Assembly (NCBI GenBank): GCA_963664195.1
Contig: OY760907.1
Span: forward strand, 192,001 to 256,000
DNA length: 64,000 nt
From: an uncultured candidate division Zixibacteria bacterium
Lineage (GTDB): Bacteria; Zixibacteria; MSB-5A5; GN15; FEB-12
Direction of reading: 5' to 3'
Of the stretch, positions 48,560-58,600 are shown in pieces. Position numbers and translations under genes: made by a program. The notes beneath the pieces are model-generated. The model was not told where the DNA came from. It did no database searches and saw only the letters and a list, made by a program, of their open reading frames with translations. Numbering within the stretch: position 1 is the stretch's first letter; every line of letters starts with the position of its first letter.

Positions 48560-50227
48560 ATGCAAGGCAATGGCGGTTTCACCTGTATGTTTGGACGCGG
48601 TGGATTCCTCGTACTGGCGGCGGTGCTCGTAGCCCTGTTCTTCTGGACCTGCGGTGATGACTCTTCAACCAACAATCCCGAAGACCCTCCGGCTAACAAC
48701 GGATCAATCGGTCCCGCCGGTGGCACCTTCACCGATGCAGCCAGCGGCGTAACCGTGGAGGTTCCGGCCGGTGCGCTCTCTACCGCTACGACGCTCACTT
48801 GTACGCACTACGCAGATCAGTCGGAAGTACCGGACAGTATGTGGTCGGGAGTTTTCGGAGCACTCGGAATAGTCTGTCTCGGGCCGGACGGCCAGACCTT
48901 CGATTCGGCCGTGACGATCACCGTGCCGGTCACAGAGACACTAACGCCCGGAGAACAATTCCCTTTGTTTGTGTGGAATACGGACAGCGACTCCTAGGAA
49001 CAGACCGAATCCATGTGCACGGCAAGTGGCGATGGCCTGTCCTATTCGGCGCCGGTCACACACTTCTCGTCTTTTTCCGCCGACAACGGATTCGGCGCTG
49101 ACGGCGCATTCGGTGATCTGGATCCGTCATGCTGGTTTGAGGTCGACGTAGCGTTCAACGGGTGGATCGGTGCTTTCGGCATGTCCATGATGAACAAGAC
49201 CCGAAAGCGGATGCGCGACTGCTGTATGAAATTGACCGGACGCGAGTTCACGTGCGACTACCGGGGGGCGGTAGATTACCAGAAGACCGAGGAGCTTGGA
49301 AACGTGAGTGACTACAACTATCGTGAACACATGGAAGTCACGCGGGGTGAAATCGGCTCTGCTTACTACCTGCACCTGGAGATAGAGCTGTTCTGGAGCT
49401 GCGATAATCCGGAGTATGTCATCCTCGAATCGAGCCGTGAGCTGATCGACCTCTCCAAAGACTTGAACAAAACGTCAGACATAAGCGTTATGTCGATCTG
49501 TGGACGGTATCGCATGCCGGGCGTGGAAACGCAGTTCACTGTCAGCGGCCCCGGATCGATTGCCCCTGCTACCGCCGTGACCGGAGCTGATGGATACGCG
49601 CAGGCAACATACACAGCCACAGATACCGGAACCGCCAGAGTCATTGGTACGGCTAACAGTTGTCTTGCCTGGAGTGATGCAAAAGCAAAAGCGGACACTG
49701 CCATCATCAAAGTCGACAGTTGCAGCAGCTTCTTTGTGTACGTTGAGTTGACGTTCGACCATGCCACCGAACACTTCGCGTTCCACGATGTAATCACCAT
49801 GTCCATTCCGCTCACTATCTCGGAGACGGGGGAAATCACCAGTACCGGAGGAGAAGGAACTCATGCCGCGAGTCTGGGCACGAGCGGCCCCGATTGCGAC
49901 GTGACCGCAGAATACGCACCCGATTTCACTGCCGCTGCAATCGGGCAGGTCACCGGACCCAATATGTATCTCACGATTGCTCCGACCACCGGATGGGCGC
50001 TCTTGTACGCCGTAACGTGCATTGTCGACGATAAACCTATGACCATCCCGATGCCGCCGTACAATTACCTCCTGCCGTCAATCATGGCCGGACAGATATT
50101 CAATGAATTTCCGATCGCCATGCAAAACGGCGCGTATGCCAACGGGTCAGGTCAAGATACACAATGGGGTGAAGACTACCCGATTACGTACACCTACTAC
50201 ATCAACGTGGGTTGCGATGATAAGTAG
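48560..50227 (+). pseudogene. ZU5-like lipoprotein with HFS autoproteolysis-like motif, interrupted by one in-frame TAG (48995-48997)
   Basis: ORFs 48473..48997 and 49013..50227 share a frame and are joined by 5 sense codons: FVWNTDSDS*EQTESMCTAS...VTHFSS. Lipoprotein-like signal ending FFWTC; ZU5-like IGPAGGT...VEVPAGAL...LGPDGQTF. Confidence 0.7.
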
Positions 50228-50293
50228 GACTGGCTGCCCTGCCAGGTTGCCTCACCGCAAGCGGTGAGGCGCAAAACACCTCAGCCCACCCAT

Positions 50294-50332
50294 AAGAAAG
50301 CGGTCGTCTCTCTTGAGAGGCGACCGCTTCTT
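50294..50332. terminator. Bidirectional terminator between convergent genes
   Basis: AAGCGGTCGTCTCTC-TT-GAGAGGCGACCGCTT hairpin; a second hairpin GCCTCACCGC-AA-GCGGTGAGGC at 50249-50270. Confidence 0.75.
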
Positions 50333-50354
50333 GCATACAGGAACAAGTTATCTT

Positions 50355-53300
50355 CTAGGGACAAGACGGGAGCGGACTCAGGCTGATGAACAGATGATCG
50401 ATCAACACCGCCATGTCCCCCATTGTCACGTTGGGCGCGGCATCCGTGTTTGCTTCGCCCAGACAACAAACGGGATCAAGGCTGATGAACAGATGGTCGA
50501 TCAGGGCCGTGAGATCACCCATTGTCACCTGGTCCTCGGGATCACAATCGATATTGCCGACAAACTCACCCATGCAACAGTAGCTGTCGCAGAGATCGCC
50601 GAGACCGTCGCCGTCGAAATCATCCTGATCCGGGTTTGCGTTGGCGGGACAATTGTCGGTATTGTCGAGCACGTAGCCCGTCGGCTGCTCGCACGCGGTC
50701 ACACCTGATTCCGGATCGCCAAAGTTGTCACCATCGGCATCTTCGTACCAGACCGTGCCCGGGTTGATATCGCCGTTGGTGTCATTGCAGTCCGTGCTGT
50801 CAAGGCTGTATCCGATCGGCTGATCGCATTGAGTCATCGTAACCGCCGGAGTACCGTAGCCGTCTTCGTCGAAATCGCGATACCACACGGTCAGGCCGTT
50901 GATATCCCCGTTTGTATCATCACAATCCTCAGCGTTGGCGACATATCCCGTCGGCTGTTCGCACTGCGTCATCGTGACCTCCGGGTTGCCGTAAGTATCA
51001 CCGTCGGAATCTTCGTACCAGACCGTGTTCGGATTAATATCGGCATTGCCGTCGTCGCAATCGCAGGCCGCACCAAACGTATCTCCGTCAACATCGGTCT
51101 GATCCGGATTGTATGCGTTCGGGCAATTGTCAGCATCAGCGCAGTAGCCATCGTTGTCGGCGTCGTTCAGATCATCGTTCGGGCAGACGTCGCACAGATC
51201 GCCAATGTCATCGTCGTCAAGGTCGCCCTGTCCGGGGTTGTATGTCGAGATGCAGTTGTCAATCGAATTGGGTATGCCGTCAGAGTCATCATCCCCCTCG
51301 ACAATGCACTCATACGTGACAACCGCAAAGGCATCAACGCCAGCTTCGACAACCGAGGCATTCAGGAGATCCGAAGCCTCAAAGCGCACTTTCATTTGAT
51401 CGGTTGGCGTCACGTAGTCGGAAGCCCAGAAATCATTAGTGTACCAGCCTCCAGAGACTTCATCTCCGGCAGGTCCTACAGTCTCGACTTCGACCCAGTC
51501 GGTTCCGTTGTTGTTGGAGATATAGACCACGAAAATATCTTCTTCTGGAGAAGCACCGTAGTCGTTGGAGTACCAGCGGGCATACGAAATCAAACCTTCT
51601 ATACCGGCAAGATCAAACGACGGCGATTCAAGCCAAGTAGTACCGTTATCGACGTCGGAGTTCCCTGAGTAGTTGTACGTCACATAGCAGGCCCCGGAAC
51701 CGTCGTAGTCGGTCGGTGGATCGCCACGGTTGCTGAACTCAGGAATGCCGCGCTCCCAGAGACCTTCAGTGACGTCGCCGGTGACCGTCCAGCCCTTGCT
51801 GGTTTCAAAGTCATCCTCGAAGATGGCAACGAGTCCGGTCGCAGGTGCGACTCTGTAGGGGTTGCTCGGTGACGGGTCATACTTGGCACCGGCATACGTT
51901 TCCTCGGCACTGACATAGAATTCGAGATTGTCGTCACAGACCATCGCGGGCAGAGTACCTTCGTAATGGTTGGCGGAAGTCTCCGTCATAGTCTGATTCA
52001 GCCAGGGACCGCCATTGAGCGAGTAATGCACCACACCCGTGTTGGTCACCGGTGTGCCTCCGTTGGCACCGCTGACGATGACCTCAAAAGTGGTTGGCAG
52101 TCCGGGGACGGTCGACTTGGGGACACCATTCGGGTACTCGAACGAAAGCCCCTCCTGACCCTTAATCGCGACAGTCGGATCACCAAAAAGGGTTGTTTCA
52201 TAATAACACCAGCGCATACAGCTCTGGTTGATTCGGTAGAGATTGTCCTCTTTGGAGTCATGATTAGCCCAACCGATTTGTCGCTTCCCCTCGGCCGAGC
52301 TGTAAACGGCATCCCAGAACTGACGGTTGTACCGTTGCGAGGGACCATCGGTCGTGTTTTCCGTACCCCAGCCTTCACGGGCATTCATAATGGCCGCAAA
52401 TGCGCCGTCATTGGACTTGATCGTCAGGTATTCGGCAAAGCAGTCGGTACCGTCAAAGTGACCGGCCAGACAAGCCCCGGAGTAGAGGAAGAAATACTTT
52501 GTGTTGCTCAGGTAGCTTGCAATCTGGCTGGCATACAACTTCAAGGCGTAGTTGTTGTATCCGTGCCCGAGGTGATTGATAATATGCACACCGGAATTGA
52601 TCCGCGAGGTCAACTGCGATGTCGGCCAGTCATTGCCGGGATAGTCCCGGTCATACAGATAGTCAATCGAGTAATCCGCCGACGGGATGCCGACGGTAGT
52701 GTATCCGGAGTTTGAGGAGCCGTCAACCATCTCGTCCATCATATTTCCGGCATAATCGGATACGCCGCCGAATCCCAGATACTCCCCGCACATCAGCACG
52801 TTCTGCAGGTAGGAGTTGGCGGTCTGTAAATAAGCAATCGTCTTGTCGACAAATCGGGTGGCCTCGGTTGCACTGCCCACGGAGGCGCGACCGACAAACA
52901 CTTCGGCCACCAGGTCCGGATTGTCGGCCGGCTCGCCGTTGTAACCATCACCGTCGCTGTTGTAACCGCCGTCGAGACAGGCAAAATAGATGTCGCCCGG
53001 CATGTCAGTAACAATGTCACCGCCGCTCCAGGATTCTACCCAGAGATCGAGCGCGGGGATCAGATTATCATCGCCGCCGATCAGCACATACTCTATTCCC
53101 TCATTGAGGTACTGAGTGCGAATGTAGTCACGGACGTCCGACGGGGCGGAACTGCCCACCTCGGTAATGGTATGGATTTCAGTTGGCATCCCGGTACCGT
53201 CGTGGTAGTCCTTCAACGGCTGGAAGGCGCTGACCATTGTGGCCGCGGTCAGAATCAGGAACTTGTAGCTGCGCGTGCCCGACGAAAGAGCAGCCGGGTA

Positions 53301-53957
53301 TTCGTCCAATTGCTTCGGATTGTCACACTTGGCTTTGACCAGTGCCTCATCCGTGTCAAACCCGCGGAACATGGGAGACACTTCCCCGTTGTCGGAGGTC
53401 GTGACCGTAACGGTCAGACTGGGACAATAAAAGAGTTCGCCGGTGGTGGGCACGTATTGCACGGGGTTCAGTTTGAGAATAAGAATGTCGTAGCCTCGGA
53501 AGGTCTGGACAGTGATCGTCTCCGACTCTCTGTTTGGAAATCTGTCAGCCGACTGATAAATGGCCGCATTTGGGACCGGTGCAGTGATCTCGCCGTTCAT
53601 ATCGGAGAGCTTCCTGGGCGTCGGAGCCGGTTCCACATAGAAGCCGGAACCGATGAGGATACGATCGTCAGTCTCTACCTGAACATCGACAATCTCTGCG
53701 CCCGGTGGCAGCATGATACGCGCCGGGGCAATCGGCAGAGCCGGTTCACCCGCCTGCGCTGAATTCGTCACACCGTTCATCACCACACGATCAAACGTCT
53801 CTCCTGCGATGGTGACCGTCTCGATCCGTGGCCGATCGAATGTGTATTCTGAGGTTATCTGTCCGGCCGATACTGACGCGACAACCAATACGGTGGTCAA
53901 AAGAATCGTCGCTCCCCACTTACCCGCACTAGCAATTGTCCCAACCTTGTGTGTCAT
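50355..53957 (-). CDS. Gingipain-like C25 cysteine peptidase with propeptide, beta-sandwich domain, TSP3/MopE-like Ca-binding repeats and dockerin-like tail
   Basis: GEPALP propeptide, YVLIGGD, VFVGR, catalytic HLGHG and SGAC, LFGDP, WYEDxDGDxYG repeats, duplicated TMGD..LIDHLFISL. Confidence 0.9.
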   Translation of the reverse strand: MTHKVGTIASAGKWGATILLTTVLVVASVSAGQITSEYTFDRPRIETVTIAGETFDRVVMNGVTNSAQAGEPALPIAPARIMLPPGAEIVDVQVETDDRILIGSGFYVEPAPTPRKLSDMNGEITAPVPNAAIYQSADRFPNRESETITVQTFRGYDILILKLNPVQYVPTTGELFYCPSLTVTVTTSDNGEVSPMFRGFDTDEALVKAKCDNPKQLDEYPAALSSGTRSYKFLILTAATMVSAFQPLKDYHDGTGMPTEIHTITEVGSSAPSDVRDYIRTQYLNEGIEYVLIGGDDNLIPALDLWVESWSGGDIVTDMPGDIYFACLDGGYNSDGDGYNGEPADNPDLVAEVFVGRASVGSATEATRFVDKTIAYLQTANSYLQNVLMCGEYLGFGGVSDYAGNMMDEMVDGSSNSGYTTVGIPSADYSIDYLYDRDYPGNDWPTSQLTSRINSGVHIINHLGHGYNNYALKLYASQIASYLSNTKYFFLYSGACLAGHFDGTDCFAEYLTIKSNDGAFAAIMNAREGWGTENTTDGPSQRYNRQFWDAVYSSAEGKRQIGWANHDSKEDNLYRINQSCMRWCYYETTLFGDPTVAIKGQEGLSFEYPNGVPKSTVPGLPTTFEVIVSGANGGTPVTNTGVVHYSLNGGPWLNQTMTETSANHYEGTLPAMVCDDNLEFYVSAEETYAGAKYDPSPSNPYRVAPATGLVAIFEDDFETSKGWTVTGDVTEGLWERGIPEFSNRGDPPTDYDGSGACYVTYNYSGNSDVDNGTTWLESPSFDLAGIEGLISYARWYSNDYGASPEEDIFVVYISNNNGTDWVEVETVGPAGDEVSGGWYTNDFWASDYVTPTDQMKVRFEASDLLNASVVEAGVDAFAVVTYECIVEGDDDSDGIPNSIDNCISTYNPGQGDLDDDDIGDLCDVCPNDDLNDADNDGYCADADNCPNAYNPDQTDVDGDTFGAACDCDDGNADINPNTVWYEDSDGDTYGNPEVTMTQCEQPTGYVANAEDCDDTNGDINGLTVWYRDFDEDGYGTPAVTMTQCDQPIGYSLDSTDCNDTNGDINPGTVWYEDADGDNFGDPESGVTACEQPTGYVLDNTDNCPANANPDQDDFDGDGLGDLCDSYCCMGEFVGNIDCDPEDQVTMGDLTALIDHLFISLDPVCCLGEANTDAAPNVTMGDMAVLIDHLFISLSPLPSCP

Positions 53958-54220
53958 AGTGTTCTACCTGAATCTGGAGATCCGGTCCTATCCTTCATAA
54001 GTGCGTGAATTGTCCAGCGTGCTTTTCCCAAAACCTGCCATGTTGCTTCCAAACGGATGATTGTCTGAACGCTGTGGCCGTCCCAACAACCTCCATAATT
54101 CCCTACTGCATCAATACCGGTGGGTGCATGATGCCGATGACGCAGAAATTGCAGCCATTCAAGAGGTCAATCAGGCCTGCGGGCGGCACAGTCAATGTGA
54201 GGTAACTGGGCGGTCATAAT

Positions 54221-54249
54221 AGTATAGCCGCCAAAGCCGTTTTTGTCAA
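54221..54249 (-). promoter_or_regulatory. sigma70 promoter of the C25 peptidase gene
   Basis: TTGACA-N17-TATACT on the minus strand; implies a ~255-nt 5' leader. Confidence 0.75.
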
Positions 54250-54322
54250 GATGAACCCCATGAGGGCCTTGTACCACCTCACTCGCGCCGCCGACCAGAC
54301 CGAGCTTTCCCCTTAGATATGA

Positions 54323-54349
54323 TTATCGACGGATTCCGCAGGACTTGAG
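54323..54349 (-). promoter_or_regulatory. Possible sigma28 promoter upstream of the C25 peptidase gene
   Basis: TCAA-N14-GTCGATAA versus TAAA-N15-GCCGATAA. Confidence 0.35.
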
Positions 54350-54453
54350 TAGCTGGCGGCTGACACCCCGGTCTGAAATCGACAGTCCTTTCGACGCGGC
54401 ACTCCGGAGGCGGACGATTGCTGTCCCCGGAACGCCGAATGAGAGAGACAAGA

Positions 54454-55068
54454 TCAGATGATTGTCACCTTCTTCACCTTATCAAGAGCCGCTGATTGAC
54501 GTTCATCACCGTTTCTCTCGCCGATCCGCCATCCGTTCTTGAAGGCCAGAGCTGGCTTTTGCACGGTTACGGTCTCATCACCGTCCTCGTTGCCTGTCGT
54601 CTGCAACTGTACCGGCTTATTGCACTTCAACGCGGCCTGAATGAGAACCGTTGACAGAACGTCTGAACACTCCTGCGACCGCGCACCGTCGTCAAAAACA
54701 TCTCGGCTGATTTCAAGTATCTCCCCGACCGGCTGACTCTGACGCAAGAGCACTTTGACAAGAAGTTTTTCGATCTCTTCCCGGTAATCCTCGTTCACTC
54801 GCAGCTCGAGGAGTCTGAGGGCAGAGGAGATAATCACGGCCTCGCTTAGACCGAGATCCGCAACCTCGACAACATTATGCCTGGTGAGCGTGTAGGAGCG
54901 ACGCTCCTTATCAAAGTAGACCGGAATGTTGGCCTCAGAAATGGTGTTCAGATAGCGATAAGCCGTCCTCTCGGAAATCTTGCAGGCCGACTGAATCGTA
55001 TCCATCGTCACGTACTGGCGGTGATTCAGCACGCTGATGATCTGCAGTATCTTTTGTGTTTTGCTCAT
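54454..55068 (-). CDS. wHTH plus degenerate WYL-like domain regulator (PafB/YafY-like, no WCX)
   Basis: ISERTAYRYLNTISEANIPVY HTH, LSEAVII helix, IQAAL...V.L, PALAFKNGWRI and LDKVKKVTII echo WYL motifs; 204 aa. Confidence 0.7.
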   Translation of the reverse strand: MSKTQKILQIISVLNHRQYVTMDTIQSACKISERTAYRYLNTISEANIPVYFDKERRSYTLTRHNVVEVADLGLSEAVIISSALRLLELRVNEDYREEIEKLLVKVLLRQSQPVGEILEISRDVFDDGARSQECSDVLSTVLIQAALKCNKPVQLQTTGNEDGDETVTVQKPALAFKNGWRIGERNGDERQSAALDKVKKVTII

Positions 55069-55095
55069 GTTTGCAGCTAGACTCTTTGTGAGGGC

Positions 55096-55113
55096 GGGGG
55101 CCTTAAGGCCCCC
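55096..55113. other. Perfect GC-rich palindrome between the peptide gene and the HTH-WYL gene
   Basis: GGGGGCCTTAAGGCCCCC; no U-tract on the minus strand. Confidence 0.55.
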
Positions 55114-55134
55114 ACTCCCCCCGGTTAGTGTATA

Positions 55135-55392
55135 TTATATCACATAGGTAAGCAAAAACCAAGCTTGCCATGCCATTTGTTCTTCGGGTGTGAGTCCCCC
55201 GGGCATCTCCGGTGCAGCACCGGAGCCGCCGAGAATGTCCGGCAGCGTGTCGCCCGTAGGCGGGTTTGGCTCCGTGCCGCCGCCGCCGTCAGCCAGGACA
55301 TCAGTGGGGGTTACCACACTGCCTGCAAAGGCAGCGACTACAATTGCCAGGCCATAGCCGATCAGCATCAACAAAATCCTGTTGTCTCTCAT
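55135..55392 (-). CDS. Small exported peptide (85 aa)
   Basis: GGAGGA SD before ATG 55392; signal peptide ending V-L-A; acidic Gly/Pro-rich core; aromatic hydrophobic C-terminus MAWQAWFLLTYVI. Confidence 0.75.
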   Translation of the reverse strand: MRDNRILLMLIGYGLAIVVAAFAGSVVTPTDVLADGGGGTEPNPPTGDTLPDILGGSGAAPEMPGGLTPEEQMAWQAWFLLTYVI

Positions 55393-55439
55393 AGTATCCT
55401 CCATGAACGTTTAGGTTTCTTGCTACGGAAGGACTGGAT

Positions 55440-55456
55440 TACAAGAGGGATGCCAG
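55440..55456 (-). promoter_or_regulatory. sigma54-like -24/-12 promoter of the small peptide gene
   Basis: CTGGCATCCCTCTTGTA (GG-N10-GT; C-to-T at -12); imperfect inverted repeat at 55548-55577 as candidate enhancer. Confidence 0.55.
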
Positions 55457-55656
55457 ACGCCTGAGCGTCGCCGCGCCGCACCGTAAGGCGGTGCCACGCA
55501 ACTACATACGTCAACGCGCGGAGAATTCGGGCAGGGGGGGCGAGTTATTTTCGTGTGTCACGACGGATACTCGAAAACGTAACTCGTTCTAGTATACGAT
55601 TTTGCGATTTACCGCTCAGGAATCAACGAGCGGCAAGACGGTAAGATCCAGGGGGG

Positions 55657-58600
55657 CTAGAGACTTCTTTTGATGCCGTGTTTTTCGATTCTTCTTCGAA
55701 GCGTCCCCAAAGACATTCTGAGCTTGCGTGCAGCGGCAGATTGATTCCAGCCGGTCTCTTCGAGAGCACTGCGAATTCGAGCGGCTTCGGCAGCATCGGC
55801 GGCTGACGAAACGTCTTTTGCGTTCAAGAGGTGTCGAAACTCGGTAGGAAGCGAATCCGGGGTGATAGTCTTTCCGGCATGAAGGATTCTGCATCGCTCG
55901 ACGAAGTTTTTGAGTTGGCGCACATTGCCCGGCCAGTTGTAACGTGTGAGCACGTCGATTGCGCCACCGGAGAACTTCGGCGCGTCGGTCCCGGTGCAGA
56001 GGAGTTGAACGAAATGCTCTATGAGAAGCGGCACATCGCCTGGGCGATTGCGAAGCGGGGGAATCTCAATCTCTATGGTGCTGATACGGTAGTACAGATC
56101 CTCGCGGAAGGTACGATCCTTCATCATCTGCTGAATATCCCTGTTCGTGGCAAAGACGAATCTGATGTCCGTATGAACGGTGCGATTGCTCCCTACCCGC
56201 TCAAAGGACTGGTTCTCGACGGCCCTTAAGACTTTCGCTTGAACGTCAAGCGGCATGTCACCGACCTCGTCGAGACAGAGAGTTCCGCCGTCCGCCAGGG
56301 AGAACTTGCCGTCTCGCTCACGCACGCCGGTTGCAGTCTTGTCGGCGATGCCAAAAAGCTCGCTTTCGACCAATGTCTCGGCAATTGCGGCGCAGTTAAG
56401 CTTGACGAGAGGCCTGTCGTTTCTAAGACTCTGGTCATGGATTTGCTGAGAGAGAATCTCCTTGCCGGTGCCGCTTTCCCCAAGAAGGAGCACTGTCGCG
56501 CTGCTGCGCGCCACACGAGAGAGTTTGCCCAAAAGATCGGTCATCACGGGGTCCTGAGTAATGAACGCACCGGTTCTGCCGGTTTCCGCCAGCTCATACT
56601 GTAACTGCAGGTTTTTGAGCCCGGTGGTCCGGTGGTCCTGCATGGCAGCAAGCGCTATAGAGATAAAATTGGCAATGGAATCTATGTAGCTGATATCGGC
56701 CCTGCTGAAGAGCGCCGGTATCGTATGATGATCAAGATACAACGCCCCCAGCGACTCCTCGCCGTCGATCAGCGGTACACACACAACAGACATGATATTG
56801 TGATACACGATGCTCTTGTAATCTCTTGTGCGTTTGTCCGACACGGCGTCGTCTACGATCATCGGTGACAGTTCCGCGAGGGACATCCGGGGAATGCTAC
56901 TGCTGAAATCCTGGATATCAACGAGTGAGTCATCATCGCAGTTGACGGAGGCCACTACGCGAAGATCAGATGTATCCCGTGCCTTGAGCAGGAGCACGCC
57001 TCTCTCGGCCCCGGTCTGCTCCACGGCAAACTGCACCAGACTTCGCATCGACCCGCGATAGTCTCCAATATCCCTGAGAATCTCGGAGACACCACGGAAG
57101 GATTCAATCAGTCTGGAGTGATCCTCTGTCCTGCTTGCCAGCTTCTCGAATTCTTTCTTGATTAAGTCGGCCTGTGTTTGATTGTCAAGCGCTTCGGCCA
57201 ATCGCAACGCCTGCTGAAGAAATTTGCGGGCCACTGTCGATTGCGATGCCTCCTCGTACATTCGTGCCAGCTTCCGGGCCACCAGCATGGCCTGAAATCT
57301 GAAACCGGCGTTGAGCAGTAAAGTGAATACTCGTTTCCAGACAACCGCCGGGATTGCCTCCGTTTTGGGGTTCTGCTCGATGAAATCAAGCAACACAGCC
57401 ACGGCGTAGAAAAGCGGCGGGCCGGTCTGTTCGATGACCGCTCGAATAGCCTCACCTTGTTCCATTACCAGATCTCGAGGAATATCGTTGGACAAAAGCA
57501 GATCGAAGAAGAAGGACCGCACTGCGAAATAGCGGCACCTGCAGTCCATGAGTCTGCCGGTCAATTCGCCGGTGGCAGTTTCCTCGCACAGCCCCCCGTT
57601 TGTCGCCTCGTTGAGATACGCGAGAAGGTCGATTTCTGTCATTGATCCTTTGTCGCCGGCAGACATGAACAGTCTTCGTGCGGCATCTGCCTGAAACACA
57701 CAATCCGCCATACGCCCGGTCCTCAGGGCCAGGTCGGCAAGATTCGCGCGGAAATAGCCCTGGTCCTTGGTCGCCACAGAGTTCTCCCCTAGTTCGAGAG
57801 CAGTGTTCAGACTCTCGCGGGCTTCGTTCATCATGCCCTGGTGCAGCCACAGGAAGGCCTGCCCGCCGCTAACAACCGCCAAATCAGATCGACTGCCAGC
57901 CTGCAGAGTCAGGTCTTGCATCCTTTGTAACCAATACTCGGCCTTTGAATACTCCCCTAATCGCGTAAGGGCACTGGAGAGAATACTCTGCAAGTAAAGC
58001 AGAAAGCGAATGTGTTCATCGCCCACACAAAGTTTCACTCCCAGTTTGGCGAACTCAATAGACTTCCCATAGTCTGCAACATAGAAATAGATCGCACTGA
58101 GTAGACAATAGGCGTGGACCGCACGATCTGGCAAATCGTATTTCTCGGCCCTATCAAGGCACTCGAGCAGCAACTTCTCCGCCTCGGCAGTCTCGCTACT
58201 CCTCCAATGGAGTCCGGCTATGTTGTATTTGGTTCTGATTGCCAGATCGTGATACCTGTTTCCAGTGGCCTCTTCCAGAACCTCCTCGTACTTCTTGCGA
58301 GCTTCCTCCTTCTGTCCTGCAATCTTGAGCGCCCATCCCTCGTTTCTTCGAAGGTCTACGCCAACCTCATCTGTCCGCTCCAGATATCCTTCAGTCATGC
58401 CGATGTCGAGCAGTCCCTTAACGCGCTCCGGGCGGAATAAGGTAACATTGGCCTCTACCAACTCCGCCAGCAGTTCTGCAAAGTCGGCTCCGGCAGCCTG
58501 TCGAATCTCCAGAAGCCGACTCAAATGGTCGTCAACTTCTACAAACCGATTCATGGCCCGGGCCAGCTCGCTGAGTCTTCTCAGAACTGTCTCTTCATGT

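Noticed and set aside
48995..48997. Genome-wide TAG reassignment
   Set aside because: Several conserved genes in the window end at TAG at their expected C-termini.
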